64,000 nt of DNA, taken from the NCBI GenBank assembly GCA_032718475.1, contig JAUCBJ010000700.1, forward strand, positions 62,001 through 126,000, given 5' to 3'. Both the position numbers and the translations under genes were made by a program. Origin of the DNA: Nemertoderma westbladi. Taxonomy: Eukaryota > Animalia > Xenacoelomorpha. This document shows, in pieces, positions 1 to 11,533 of this stretch. Under the pieces are notes generated by a model, which did not search any database, was not told the origin of the DNA, and was given only the letters and a program-made list of their open reading frames with translations. The first letter of the stretch is position 1, and the number at the start of each line of letters is the position of its first letter.

Positions 1-2
1 TA

Positions 3-248
3 TCAGCTACTGTAGTTATAGCAGGACCATTGAACGACTGGTCTGGTACAGTACTACAGTACGTACCGTACACCCAGTACAGATGGCCCACTACTTACTT
101 TCATTTTACGGATGTATACCAGTGTAAAGGAAGACCTACCCTACAAACCGCTGACAGCGACAGGCAGATGGCCGTGTGCTACGGTATGCCTAATATAGAC
201 ATACCGCCAGCACCAGTACCTATGTTTAATGCCCAATTACTACTTTAA
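3..248 (+). CDS. Possible 3' end of an unidentified gene entering from the left edge
   Basis: Frame is open from the window edge to TAA at 246-248 (SATVVIAGPLNDWSG...NAQLLL). GC content is higher than the flanks. No motif recognised. Confidence 0.25.
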   Translation, partial: SATVVIAGPLNDWSGTVLQYVPYTQYRWPTTYFHFTDVYQCKGRPTLQTADSDRQMAVCYGMPNIDIPPAPVPMFNAQLLL

Positions 249-328
249 ATATATTATCTTGTACCAGAGAGCAAAGTTAATTGTCTGGTTTATTTAACAA
301 ACTTGTTAATATAATACTGTAATATGAC

Positions 329-2356
329 ATGAATAATTGGAAAAACATATTTTTTGAGGATTTTGAATTAGTCAGCCCGGGTATTACCACAGTAGATTCC
401 CCTGTCACTCCACGGAAACCGCCCTCTTCCACACCACATAAACCCCGGGTTAATCCAATCATATGGAACCCGACGTCGGCCCAACAAACACGCAGTTACG
501 ATTGGCCTAATTGGCTTCCGGATGTTGGAGATCTGTCCTGGTCCAGCCAATCACGGGAGGTATCTAGGGAAACAGGCAATGATGGCGATTTCCTGAGTAT
601 TTATAGTACCGCGGAATCGCCGTCTTTTATTCCGGCAAGCGGAATAATCGAAGGTATTAACAACACGAGTATCACTCCACAAATTATTAATGATCGAACT
701 CCCGCACAGTTGGAGAATCGACCATCTAAAAAGCGACCCTATTGGTCTCTTGAGGACAGTTTCGTAACTGGTTCGCAAGTTGCAAATGGCAAATCGAAAT
801 CTAAATCAACAAAAATAGATGGAGACAGCCCCTTGCTAATTACCAGCACTTGGTCATCAACTCAAGACTCAGAACTATCGTCTGATATTGCCGATGAAAC
901 TGTTGTCGACGTTAATTCTGCGGACAGCGAAGATATCGCGGTATCGTTCCAGGATAGCCCGTTCACCAGAGTCGCCCGTCTGTGGGACCAATTCGATGAA
1001 GGAAGAGATCTGGAGGAGGATGAGTCGGGAGACTATGAGATAAATATAGAGAACGAAGATGTTGAGGACGTCATAGGAGAGCTACGAGACGGTCGAATAG
1101 TCCGGCGTGGTTTACTGGGGTCCCAGCCCGTGGTACCGGTACCTCTCGTCTGCCACCAACCGACTCCCCTCACACAGCTGATAGAGTCCTTATCTAGCGA
1201 TGCCAACCACTCAGAATACGCCGATCAGACTCCGCAATCCGACGACGACGTTATAATCAGTCCGACTCCGACGCAAACCTCCACGAGTGGTCCGGTCGCC
1301 GACGGATCCGATATAATCATAAACTCGCCGGAAGGTGCCACCGTGATCCAGAGCGAGGGATCCCCGACCTTAGCCTATAGGGATCGCAGTCGGACCTCTA
1401 CGAAGAAAGCGAACCCGCTGGTTACGGGGGGACTGGCGGAACGGGCGAGACGACTGGAGCTGCGGAGTCGGAGTTCCGTGGCGTTCCGGTCGTTTCGTCC
1501 CGCGGACCCGGAACCGCCTCGACTCGTCGTCCTCACCGTTACGCGGTGCCACGTTGAGTGTGGCCTCGAGGTGGTCGAGTGTCGCCTACACTCCGGCGTC
1601 GTCTGCTGCCATGGCGACACCCCGGTATCTAGGGTCGCGCTGATGTTCCCTGTGGACGAATCGACTCCACTGCGGCTTCCCGAGGGCTCCCAACTAGCGG
1701 TCGACGAACCCTGGCAGGTTTTTCGACCGGAAGTTTCCGGGATTCCGGTTCTCCTCGCTCGGAACGTCCAGCTCATTAGTTCACCGTCGTTGCAACGCGT
1801 TCCCATAGTTACCATGGACTCCCCAGCCTTCATTGGTCCGCCTACGGGCTGGGAGACCCGCGCGTTACGCAGACTAATAGAACTCTACCCCAGCCACTAT
1901 GTCGCTAAAAAGATTGTGCGCCATCTATCGGCAACATCTAGTACCGCAGAATGCGATTCGACTACCAAAACTGTTCCAGAATTAAATAAAAAAACAAACA
2001 ATCTTTTTGAAATTAATTCTGGAATCAGCCTGAAAGCTCGTGTTTATTTCTGTAACTATAGCAACAGCGTTTCAGGAAGACCCCCGCTATTTGGTGGTTC
2101 GTATTCCTACACTGTTGCGTTAGTTAGGGGTCTGTCTAGCGGGTTTAGTGTAGTGACCTGGCCCTACCGTTATGTGGCCCTCTCTAGAGACCAAGTGGTC
2201 TCATTAACTGGTCTCTATCTGTGTAAAACAATGAACTCCGTTCAGACTGTTCGCTTTATTTATGGGGCCTGTCGCGAGTCTCTTCCGCAAGCAATTATAA
2301 AGAAGATATTAACACCTGCAAACAATAATGTTTCGCTTTTTGTTGCCTCTCAATGA
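329..2356 (+). CDS. SPIDR: SPIDR-like DNA-repair scaffolding protein (DUF4502 region), single-exon ORF, 675 aa
   Basis: Acidic, S/P-rich disordered N-terminal half, then GGLAERARRLELRSRSSVAFRS...VLTVTRCHVECGLEVVEC...ALMF...DEPWQVFRP...PVLL. This parallels the remembered SPIDR pattern GGLAERLxxLxxRERSxxxxW...LTVxILExxxECxMxVxxC...VLF...PPWQKL...PVIL. Confidence 0.72.
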   Translation: MNNWKNIFFEDFELVSPGITTVDSPVTPRKPPSSTPHKPRVNPIIWNPTSAQQTRSYDWPNWLPDVGDLSWSSQSREVSRETGNDGDFLSIYSTAESPSFIPASGIIEGINNTSITPQIINDRTPAQLENRPSKKRPYWSLEDSFVTGSQVANGKSKSKSTKIDGDSPLLITSTWSSTQDSELSSDIADETVVDVNSADSEDIAVSFQDSPFTRVARLWDQFDEGRDLEEDESGDYEINIENEDVEDVIGELRDGRIVRRGLLGSQPVVPVPLVCHQPTPLTQLIESLSSDANHSEYADQTPQSDDDVIISPTPTQTSTSGPVADGSDIIINSPEGATVIQSEGSPTLAYRDRSRTSTKKANPLVTGGLAERARRLELRSRSSVAFRSFRPADPEPPRLVVLTVTRCHVECGLEVVECRLHSGVVCCHGDTPVSRVALMFPVDESTPLRLPEGSQLAVDEPWQVFRPEVSGIPVLLARNVQLISSPSLQRVPIVTMDSPAFIGPPTGWETRALRRLIELYPSHYVAKKIVRHLSATSSTAECDSTTKTVPELNKKTNNLFEINSGISLKARVYFCNYSNSVSGRPPLFGGSYSYTVALVRGLSSGFSVVTWPYRYVALSRDQVVSLTGLYLCKTMNSVQTVRFIYGACRESLPQAIIKKILTPANNNVSLFVASQ

Positions 2357-2405
2357 TATACTTTTTTAGCGTTTTGGCACTAAAGTAAATTTATTTTAGT
2401 GTGTA

Positions 2406-3043
2406 CACCATGCCCCGGAATATAGTGTGGTCATTTAATGACATAATTTAATTTTAAGTTGTACAGTACCACTAGAAAGGATTAGAATATATGTAAAATC
2501 ATTTGAATTTGGTTGGGAAATAGCTGAGATATGGGCATTCGAAAGTTGCATGTATTTGCTTCCACTGCAGGCCATTTATTCTATTTAATAAATACATCAT
2601 ATTCTGGAACTTTTTGTTTATCTCATAAGTAAATGGGCAACAGTCATGGCCTGGCAACAATGCGCAATGCCTATGATAACATTAGTATGGATATTTATAC
2701 ATAAGCAAAATATTCTAGAACATGATGTATTTATTATACGGCCAGCTAATGGCCAGCTTTCTAACAGTACCAACAGACATCAATAAGGTAGAAGAATAAC
2801 TGCGGTGTAACTGGGTGGGGTGTATCACCGGAGTCACATTTTCTAAACGCTTGTACAGTAGTTAAATAATGAAAGCGAAAATAAAAATTCTGGCTCACCC
2901 ACTAAGGAGGAGGGAGATGAAACTATCTCTGTTTCAAATTTTATGCAATCTCATTACGATTTGTAGAAAATATTTTTTTTTTTTTTGGGGGGGGGGGGGG
3001 TGTCGTATAATTGAATTGCGACGCTATATTCCGGGGCATGGTG
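2406..3043. mobile_element. Non-autonomous DNA transposon (MITE), CACCATG-ended family, TA target duplication
   Basis: TIRs caccatgccccggaatatag (2406) and ctatattccggggcatggtg (ends 3043), with TA on both sides. Related copies at 18250-18973 and about 19650-19942. Confidence 0.8.
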
Positions 3044-3114
3044 TATAAAATATATTTCTCTACTTTTCGTAATAAATATGTACCAAAGATAAATTAGAGA
3101 TGTAAATAATTATT

Positions 3115-3778
3115 ACTAGAAAGCCAGCAAGCTGGCTATAAGAAGAACGTCCACACTCCACAGACAAACGTAGTGTAGTTGTGGCCCATCTTACAGTCTC
3201 GAGAAAAAGTAATACCCCCTACATATCATTATTATTAACCTATAAAGCATTTGAACGGCCCAATGCTTAAAATGCAATCAGTTCGCCTCCCACCTAACAT
3301 AGCAGCGAGTAACCTTATAGATTTTCCCATAGGATTCACTGGGACGAGCTATTCAGCTGGCGGGGTAATACGTAACAAACTAAGAGTTGTTTTTTTCTCC
3401 TGTCTGGGTTAGAGAGAGGTAGTAATAAACTTGGCAAGTAATATACGTCTCTGCAGTTTGGGCTATCCTTTCAATCAATAGTAGTAGCTTACTAGGCCAT
3501 CATGAGTACCAGCAGCTGGTGTTTCTATAATTGAGTCTTTGGCAATTTTCGTGCTTTGGGGCTTTTTTTTCGAAATAAAAAATAAACACTACACACACAA
3601 ATAAACACAAACAAATAAACAATAATTTCTTTCGAACTTTTTTTCCACATGAAGAAAAGAGCTGTGTCGATTGATATAACTTTCATTGGCGGACGAGCTA
3701 TAGCTTCGGAGGAGTTAACCCGATATACATACATACATAGTGAATACTCTTACAGTAAGAAGTAATAACGGTCTTCTA
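3115..3778. mobile_element. Interspersed repeat, possibly Helentron/HINE-like non-autonomous element
   Basis: Starts actagaaagccagcaagctggct. Shares long segments with 21063-21499 and 32170-32480. Contains a (cata)n tract. The superfamily assignment is tentative. Confidence 0.55.
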
Positions 3779-3890
3779 AATATGGTGTAATCAATCTAGC
3801 AATCCACCGAGCGTAACGTGGTCTGCAATAGAAATGAGTTTACTATATCTGAATAATTAACATTTTTTGTACCTTTTCTTTATCCAATAA

Positions 3891-4219
3891 CCGTATTTCT
3901 TCGAATAAGAGCCCCCCTTGAATAAACGCCCCTTCAAATTAACCCCCCCACCCCCCCCCCCCCCCCCTTCCCCCACCTACCATCAAATTAGCAACTTAAC
4001 CGCCCTCCCCGAATAAACGCCAGCGGCGTTTAATACTGCGATACACAATTATCATTAATATATAGGGCCAAATGCCGTGTCCGTCTGTCTGTCTGTTTAA
4101 CAACATTCTTTATGAGGGTATTTAGATTCAAAATGCTGAAATTATAGAACATAAACGCTCCTACTCGAAACCACACATTTGGAACTTAAACGCCTTGGCT
4201 CTTATTCGAAGAAATACGG
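3891..4219. mobile_element. pogo/Tc1-mariner-like MITE
   Basis: TIR ccgtatttcttcgaataagagcc (3891) and ggctcttattcgaagaaatacgg (ends 4219). TA follows the right end. Internal gaataaacgcc sub-repeats. Confidence 0.7.
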
Positions 4220-4239
4220 TATTTACGATTATTTTCATA

Positions 4240-5742
4240 TTCTCAGAGGTGTGGCAGCTCTGTAACTCTGCAGCTCTGTAAAAACCTAGTTTACTAAAGT
4301 TTATTTGAAACTGGGTTGGGACTGTTTTTATCAGGATTATTAGGAAGCAACATTCGTGATAAACGTTGTAATTAGTACGGTGTCTCGCTACTGCGTAAAC
4401 AACAGTGGCACATTCCCTGATGCCGTCGGGAGAAAGATTTAAAAAATAAACTGCAGCTAAACTGCTGCTCCTCAGAGTGAATGCGTCAGTGGCGTTTGAG
4501 ACTGCTGGTACTCGTAAATGCGGCTCCACGTGTGGCGGACATACGGCCGCTCTCCCGTTTGTAACAGTTTATGCACGGGAAGTAATCCTTGCCGAGAGAA
4601 TTGTGTGAGATAGACGCTCTCCGGTGCGGATCCGTTGGTGACTGCTTAGTGTTTAGGACGCTTTTCTGTGTGATCGCCTTATCGTAAGTTTCACAAACGT
4701 AGATCAGTTCTCCAGTGTGGGATCTTTGGTATCTAATTAGGCAACTCTTCTCCAGGGTGGGACCTTTGGTGTCTAATTAGGCAACTCTTCTCCAGTGTGG
4801 GACCTTTGGTGTCTAATTAGGCAACTCTTCTCCATTGTGGGACCTTTGTTGTCTAATTAGGCAACTCTTCTCCAGTGTGGGACATTTGGTGTCTAATTAG
4901 GCAACTCTTCTCCAGTGTGGGACATTTGGTGTCTAATTTGGCAACTCTTCTCCAGTGTGGGACCTTTGGTGTCTAATTAGGCAACTCTTCTCCATTGTGG
5001 GACCTTTGTTGTCTAATTAGGCAACTCTTCTCCAGTGTGGGACCTTTGGTGTCTAATTAGGCAACTCTTCTCCAGTGTGGGACCTTTGGTGTCTAATTAG
5101 GCAACTCTTCTCCATTGTGGGACCTTTGTTGTCTAATTAGGCAACTCTTCTCCAGTGTGGGACCTTTGGTGTCTAATTAGGCAACTCTTCTCCAGGGTGG
5201 GACCTTTGGTGTCTAATTAGGCAACTCTTCTCCATTGTGGGACCTTTGGTGTCTAATTAGGCAACTCTTCTCCATTGTGGGACCTTTGTTGTCTATTAGG
5301 CAACTCTTCTCCAGTGTGGGACATTTGGTGTCTAATTTGGCAACTCTTCTCCAGTGTGGGATCTTTGGTATCTAATTAGGCAACTCTTCTCCAGTGTGGG
5401 ACCTTTGGTGTCTAATTTGGCAAATCTTCTCCAGTGTGGGACATTTGGTGACTAATTAGGCAACTCTTCTCCAGTGTGGGACCTTTGGTGTCTAATTAGG
5501 CAACTCTTCTCCATTGTGGGACCTTTGTTGTCTAATTAGGCAACTCTTCTCCAGTGTGGGACATTTGGTGTCTAATTTGGCAACTCTTCTCCAGTGTGAG
5601 ATCTTTGGTATCTAATTAGGCAACTCTTCTCCAGGGTGGGACCTTTGGTGTCTAATTAGGCAACTCTTCTCCAGTGTGGGACCTCTGGTGTCTAATTCGG
5701 CAACTCTTCCATGATAACGTCTTTCTACAGGTATCACAGCTG
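4240..5742 (-). pseudogene. Decayed C2H2 (Kruppel-type) zinc-finger array interrupted by a minisatellite
   Basis: Minus-strand translation gives SCDTCRKTLSWKSCRIRHQRSHTGE (5742-5668). After the array it gives LIRYQRSHTGELIYVCETYDKAITQKS, SSHQRIRTGER, QTGERPYV..AFTSTSSLKRH*RIHSEEQQFSCS, with frameshifts and stops. Confidence 0.8.
4708..5709. repeat. 40-bp minisatellite, about 25 copies
   Basis: Unit ttctccagtgtgggacctttggtgtctaattaggcaactc. Its reverse complement encodes the zinc-finger segment SCLIRHQRSHTGE. Confidence 0.95.
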
Positions 5743-5969
5743 ATTGATCCCCCTCAAATTGGAGGGGCTTCTTCTATTCACAATATCTTGGGGTCGAATA
5801 TCATCAGTCTATACCCCATCCTCTACCAACACCTCTCTCTCAGCCATCACCACAAACGCCGCCATCGCAATGTCCCACTCCCAGCCTCTCCAAATCAACC
5901 ACAAACCCCCAAACCACCACTGATAACACCCCCTTCACATATCACATACATCACCAGCAGCAACACCAA

Positions 5970-6720
5970 TTCCTATAGAAGTATACCCAAACCCAAACGA
6001 CTCCTCACAAGCAGACCTCTGCACTGATGAAATTGAAATGCATATCACACAATATCTAAAAAGACTCAAACCAACTGCTATACCAGGAATGATATTTCCA
6101 ACAGCAAGAGATCTGCAGAGTCTAGAAGAAGGGCAATGGCTGATTGATGGAGTAATTGATGGTTTTTTCATCTTGCTAAGCAGGAACTGCCCCACTGTTA
6201 CATGCGTTCCAAGTCAATTATGTCAAAAACTACAATCAACGAATTATGACAATCTTAGCGCTATTAAATACATCGCTAGACAATAATATATTGGTACTTA
6301 CAATGGAGTCAAACCTAATTTTATTCTCATCCCTGAATGTACACAAAACCACTTTGTACTGCATGTTGTGGATATTGCCGAGAAAAAAGTATATTTTCTG
6401 TCCTCACTTGAAAAGTCCCTTCCCAACAAAACAACCTTCCAGATTTGCGATCTTCTGGTTACTATAGATCGATTAACCAAATCAACCACAAAGTACCCAA
6501 ATAATCAATACCGTCAATGGTCGGTTTCAACAAGTCCTTTCGGCTTTCCAAAGCAACCAAACAATCATGACTGTGGAGTTTATGTTTGTTTGTATGCCAT
6601 CGCAATCGCGCAGTCTTCAGAGGTTGTATATCTTTCCGTAATGACAGCAATAAGTGCAGGCAATGGTTATACGATTGTCTGCAATCAGTAAAGTTCTACA
6701 TGCCAAAAAATAATAATAAC
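5970..6720 (+). pseudogene. Ulp1/SENP (C48) cysteine-protease relic, probably transposon cargo
   Basis: ORFs 6038-6286 and 6368-6691 share one frame, split by an in-frame TAA. Motifs: DLQSLEEGQWLIDGVIDGF, ILIPECTQNHFVLHVVDIAEKKVYFLSSL, PKQPNNHDCGVYVCLYA (His and QxNxxDCG catalytic motifs). Apparent frameshift near 6640. Confidence 0.8.
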
Positions 6721-7639
6721 AGAGGCACTGGATTGATCGCCAGAACGATGTATACTTCCTTCCGGTTGGTATTTCTTCGCCGTAAGCGATTAGTGCTATG
6801 TGTATAATGAGCCATCAGTGGATATGTCGGATTGCTCGTGGAAATCGCATGCAGCTATATTTGGAGTTGTTAGTGTTGGGTAAGTGTAAGTAGCTGAGCG
6901 CTGCTCCACTGAGGCGCTTGTATTTATTTTATTTTCATATTAAACTTCATCGTTTATTTGGTTATTGCACAGACACACAGGCAGTTACACATGGTAACTG
7001 GTAATATAAATATTGGGTTCTTCTACAGTATCTATATAAACTTCACTAACCTCTAATGAATTCATAAAATCCAAGATATTGCATAAATTATAATACAGTA
7101 ACTAAAATAACATAATTATGGAATGCTATGAAATAAATAAGTAAAAAATATGTAATTTTATTTTTAGGTTATGTTGGGTCATCGCGTTGGAACTGAGTTA
7201 GGTAATGTTTTTTAGTGCGACATTAAATTCTTTGAAATTTTGGTATTTTGAAGTTACTACCGTGGTAATTCAATCCATATTTGTATTAATTTAATTGTTA
7301 AATATGTATGGCCGTAAGAATTTTTAGTTTTTGCTATTTTAATTTTAAATGTTCGTGGGTTTTATGGGCTTATAAGTATTCATTTTTAAAAAATGGTAGA
7401 TCGAGAGGTTTGAATGGTTCCGATATTTTTAGTAAATATTTGTGTACAAATGTGATGCCGTAGAACCGCCGCGAGATGCATGGAGTGTTGGGATTTTAGG
7501 TTTTTTGCGGAGTTCGGTAGAACAATCTTAGTTTTTTTTTATTTTAGGAATATTATTATCTACTGTATAATCTTATGTGGATATGTAGAAGTAAGAGTGT
7601 TGCTATGCTTTTTATTGAATATGATAAACATTTTTATGT

Positions 7640-8760
7640 GGCAGCTGGTGTCACTATGTCAAGTACAATGCACACATCTCCAACCAGACACTATATAACA
7701 TTGGAGGTGTCTCATTGGTTCCCCCAAGCTTGACACTTGAACAAAGACGCCTCCGCTTTGCAGGACATTGCTTTCGCCGTGGGGACCAGTCTGTACACAT
7801 TCTTGTGCTTTGGCAGCAGCATGGAGAAAATAAGCATGGTGGACAACCCATGACTATCGTGAGACGCTTCATTTATTATTATAATTATAGCATATAGGGT
7901 AGCCTAGGTCTGTAGGTCAGTAGGTATTTCTTATTGGCAGAATGGTGAAGGAAGGGCCTGACACCTGACAGTCGCCTCTCCAGCTCTCAATACACAAGAC
8001 TGCAGTACTGCAGCAGTAGGCCTACTGCATGAATATTGAATACAGGAATAGTGAATAATGAATAGCTGTCCCCTCACAGAGTCTGGTGTTTTCAGTTATC
8101 GGTATACAATCCACAATCTGACAGTTCTGCAGTTTTTATAGGTCACTAGGACGGGTAAATCTTTTCGACCTACGCGTAGGACGATAAATAATAATTTAGG
8201 TAATAATGTATTAATTCAATAACAAGGGAAATAATGATTTAAAATTGCCACCACGTGAAGATCAATATATTTACCCAATAGTATGCAGGGCAAGTGTTTT
8301 AGGCATTACAGTTATTGAATTTATGTATTGGGGTCGCATGTGACCCCAGGAACCTAAGGGTTGTTAAGGGATGTTTCCCACCTAGATGGTGGGGGGTAAA
8401 AAATTTATACGTTTTTTTGTTCACCATAACCAGGGTTATGCACTTCATGAAAACCAACCCAATTTACCTGCACACAAGAAAGCTGTGCTGCTGCAAAGTC
8501 GGGTTGGGGTCACACATGACCCCAGGGACACAGAAGGGTTAAAGGGCACTGGCCTTGAAGATGCGGATAATCTCGCGAAAGTCATGGGGGATACGAAGTT
8601 GTGGCGGTGCAAGTTTGTTGATAAAGCCGGGATAGCATTCTTAATGCACGCTGCATTGGGCTTGCCAATTGCGGATTGCATGGTGGTGACAAAATATTTT
8701 TGTTAAGCCAGATTAGCATCTCAATGTGAAGCTTCAATGCAGCAGGCCGGTTATATTATA
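7640..8760 (+). mobile_element. 3' end relic of an RTE-like LINE, split by an insertion
   Basis: LEQRRLRFAGHCFRR...LVLWQQHG..KHGGQPMT (7735-7870) continues as KGTGLEDADNLAKVMGDTKLWR from 8541. A contiguous homologue lies at about 23260-23450. Confidence 0.65.
8328..8542. mobile_element. piggyBac-like element right end
   Basis: Two ggggtc-x6-gacccc hairpins. Ends ...gaaggg|ttaa at the point where the LINE relic resumes. Confidence 0.45.
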
Positions 8761-9024
8761 GAGATGCGACATCGATTCAGTCAGACTGCAGTAGATGCAG
8801 TATATTACAAATGTTACAGAAATTTTATTAAAAACGAATGTGAAATGAAATAAACTACGTCTGTGAACCATTTCAAAAAATTCAGTATACATTATTTTAC
8901 AATCAAGGCAAGGCATATTTTTTAGTACATGAGATTTCTCGAAAGATTTTTTACTTCGATAAAGAGGGCAGGGTAGATAGCTATTATAAGTATTGGATGA
9001 GTTGGCCGCAATAAAATTAAAAAG

Positions 9025-9108
9025 AGATCCCGAAAATCGGGATCCCGAAAGTTGCAATCCCGATCCCGAATCCCGAAAATTGTGGATCCCGATCCCGCTG
9101 CAACACTA
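9025..9108. mobile_element. hAT-like transposon terminus with gatcccg subterminal repeats
   Basis: Clustered (g)atcccg motifs ending ...gctgcaacacta, which reads TAGTGTTGCA on the minus strand. The partner end was not found. Confidence 0.45.
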
Positions 9109-9761
9109 GGGTGTACATAAGAGGCCCCATTAGGGTACTTCGAGGGACATCCCTTTTTTCAGTCAAGTCTGTTGAAATAATGTTTCCTATTTTAACTTTC
9201 TTTTTGCGGTCTGAGAGGTGATTATTAATTAATTTTATTGACGTTGAATTAAATCCTAAGGCATCGAGTACTTTTCCACAGATGGTTTATGAACCGTATC
9301 TAGTATTTCTGACGTATCTAGTAAAGATGTATACAATTTTTGTACCGTTGTAATGATGTTTAGATAAATAAAAAACACATTTCTTTAAAGCAAATCACTT
9401 GAACTAATTCCCACAGAGAATGTGTGTTGGAAAGCCATTAAATACCGAATGACCGACCCCATTTTATCAGTTTACCTTTGAACTAATTCAATGTTTGTTT
9501 AGTAATTAAATTGTTTTTCTTTGGTTAAAATATATCAAACAATTGTATAATAATTACTCAACTATTACCCCAATAATCTTGAACATTATTTATAATATTT
9601 TAAAATGTTTATTAAATAATACTAATCTTGTCAGTCCCTAAATAGTGGAAATGTATAGACGATATTTATCAAAAATCGACAATAATAATAAATTAATTTT
9701 ATTATTATTTTAATAACAAGGTGAATCTTCAGATAATAGATCTATTTGCGGTGATTATGAT

Positions 9762-10520
9762 GGGCACTTATTTTTCCATCATTAAAATTAATTCTTTTTT
9801 TTTCTCTAAATTTAGTGCAATACTCACCATGTTAAATAATTTTCACTAAAATTAATCACTTATCACTAAAATAAATCACTTATAACTAAATTTTATCACT
9901 TACCACTAAAATAAATTCATTATCCACAAAATGAAATCTATATTTATTTTAGTGATGTAACTATATTTATTAGATATCCCACCTCTGCCTGTTTGGTAGC
10001 GTACCGTACTCCAGTACCCGTGTAGTGTACGCAGAGTACTATACAGTTACAGTGTGTACTAGTGTGCTAAATAGAAGTTACCAATTGAAAGGTAAGAGCA
10101 GGTTACAGTGGAGGGTTTTTCTAACCAAAACCATAAATAAATAATGTTGTTAACAATTCAGGTAAAGAAGCAGGTTACAGAGGTAGGCTTTCATAACCAA
10201 AACAATAAACAACGTTGTTACCACTTGAGGGAAATGAGCAGGTTAGAGAGCTGAGCTTTTCTAACCAAAACAATAAACAATGTTGTTACCAATTGGGTGA
10301 AAGGACAAGTTACAGAGGTGAGATTTTATAACTAGTAAAATATGTACCGGTACTTCAAATCCCAATGCCAATAAAATGTATAGTTATGAATGATTGATTA
10401 ATTTTAGCGGGGAATGATTAAATTTAGTGAAAAAAGCGCAATAAAAATAGTGGAAGAATGATTAATTTTAGTGGAAGAGATTTAGTTGAAAGAATGTTTA
10501 GTGATAAAAAAATTAATTGT
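9762..10520. mobile_element. Degenerate foldback (Mutator-like) element with internal ~58-bp tandem repeats
   Basis: tcactaaaa repeats at 9840-9915 are mirrored by ttttagtg repeats at 10400-10505. The direct repeat gattatgat flanks both ends (9753-9761 and 10521-10529). About 4 copies of agcaggttacagag...aaccaaaacaataaac lie at 10075-10335. Confidence 0.5.
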
Positions 10521-11238
10521 GATTATGATGTGATACAAGACTTACTCTGTACTTCACGTTATACCTACAGAGTTGTATTTTTCACATCACAAACATTACG
10601 TACCAGTCGGTAGGCTACATGTAATTCAGTAGGACTAAGTTTCAATTTTCTGGAACTTTTCTCGCACTACTCAACGCTATAACTATTAATTCCTATTATA
10701 CCGTCGATGTTGTCTGTATAATAATGATAAATGAGTGTCAATCTGATAATTAACCGTATCGTATCGTAATATTCTTATAATAGGGGAACTTGGTCAGCCC
10801 TGACTTTGAATTTATTGTAGGACCTTTAATTACTTTTCTGCCAAGATATTATACAATCTCCACTTGTGGATAAAATATACAATAATGATAATAATTCGAT
10901 CGAGTTGTACAATGCTGTAGGTATACATAAGTAAATATATTCTTGCCGAATTTAATCCTTCCCTTTTGAACGATAAGTTTCACAATGTTAAACTTCAGTA
11001 AAATGCTTTAACATTGCAAGGAATTTATAAATACTACTACTAGTAGACTAGCTGCTTTTTAGATGTAATTTTGGTCCTTTTTATGATCTAAAATACAATA
11101 AAATGATACAATCCACATGTGTTTCACATACAATTTCACCGTTTTAGACAATTTTTCATTGAAAAAACTATAAATTTTTAATCTTTAATTGATAACTGAA
11201 ACGTTGGAGACTCCCTAAGTTCATACAAATGAAAGAAG

Positions 11239-11533
11239 ATGACATTACTGGATAACGGTTCTGGTACTAGTGGGAACACGTCTCCGTCGTTACCCCGCCG
11301 TTACCATGACATCCTTGAGACTCCACTTCTTCCAACCCGCAGTCGCGGACCATTCCCCCGCACCGGGTACTTACGGTTACTACGCAACCGCTACGTCTGC
11401 GGAGTCTCCCTGGTGTTCCATGCGTTTACAGTCGGTGGTCTACTCGCTCTGCCAGGGGCATTCTTTCCAATTATGTCGATAAATAAAGGATTTACAGAGC
11501 CGCTAATAGGGTTGTTATTTGGTATATATGCTG
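11239..11533 (+). CDS. SLC18B1: SLC18B1-like MFS transporter, copy A, exon 1 (phase-1 donor)
   Basis: ATG 11239 ... GAFFPIMSINKGFTEPLIGLLFGIYAG|gtaagt. Joins exon 2 in frame. Confidence 0.85.
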
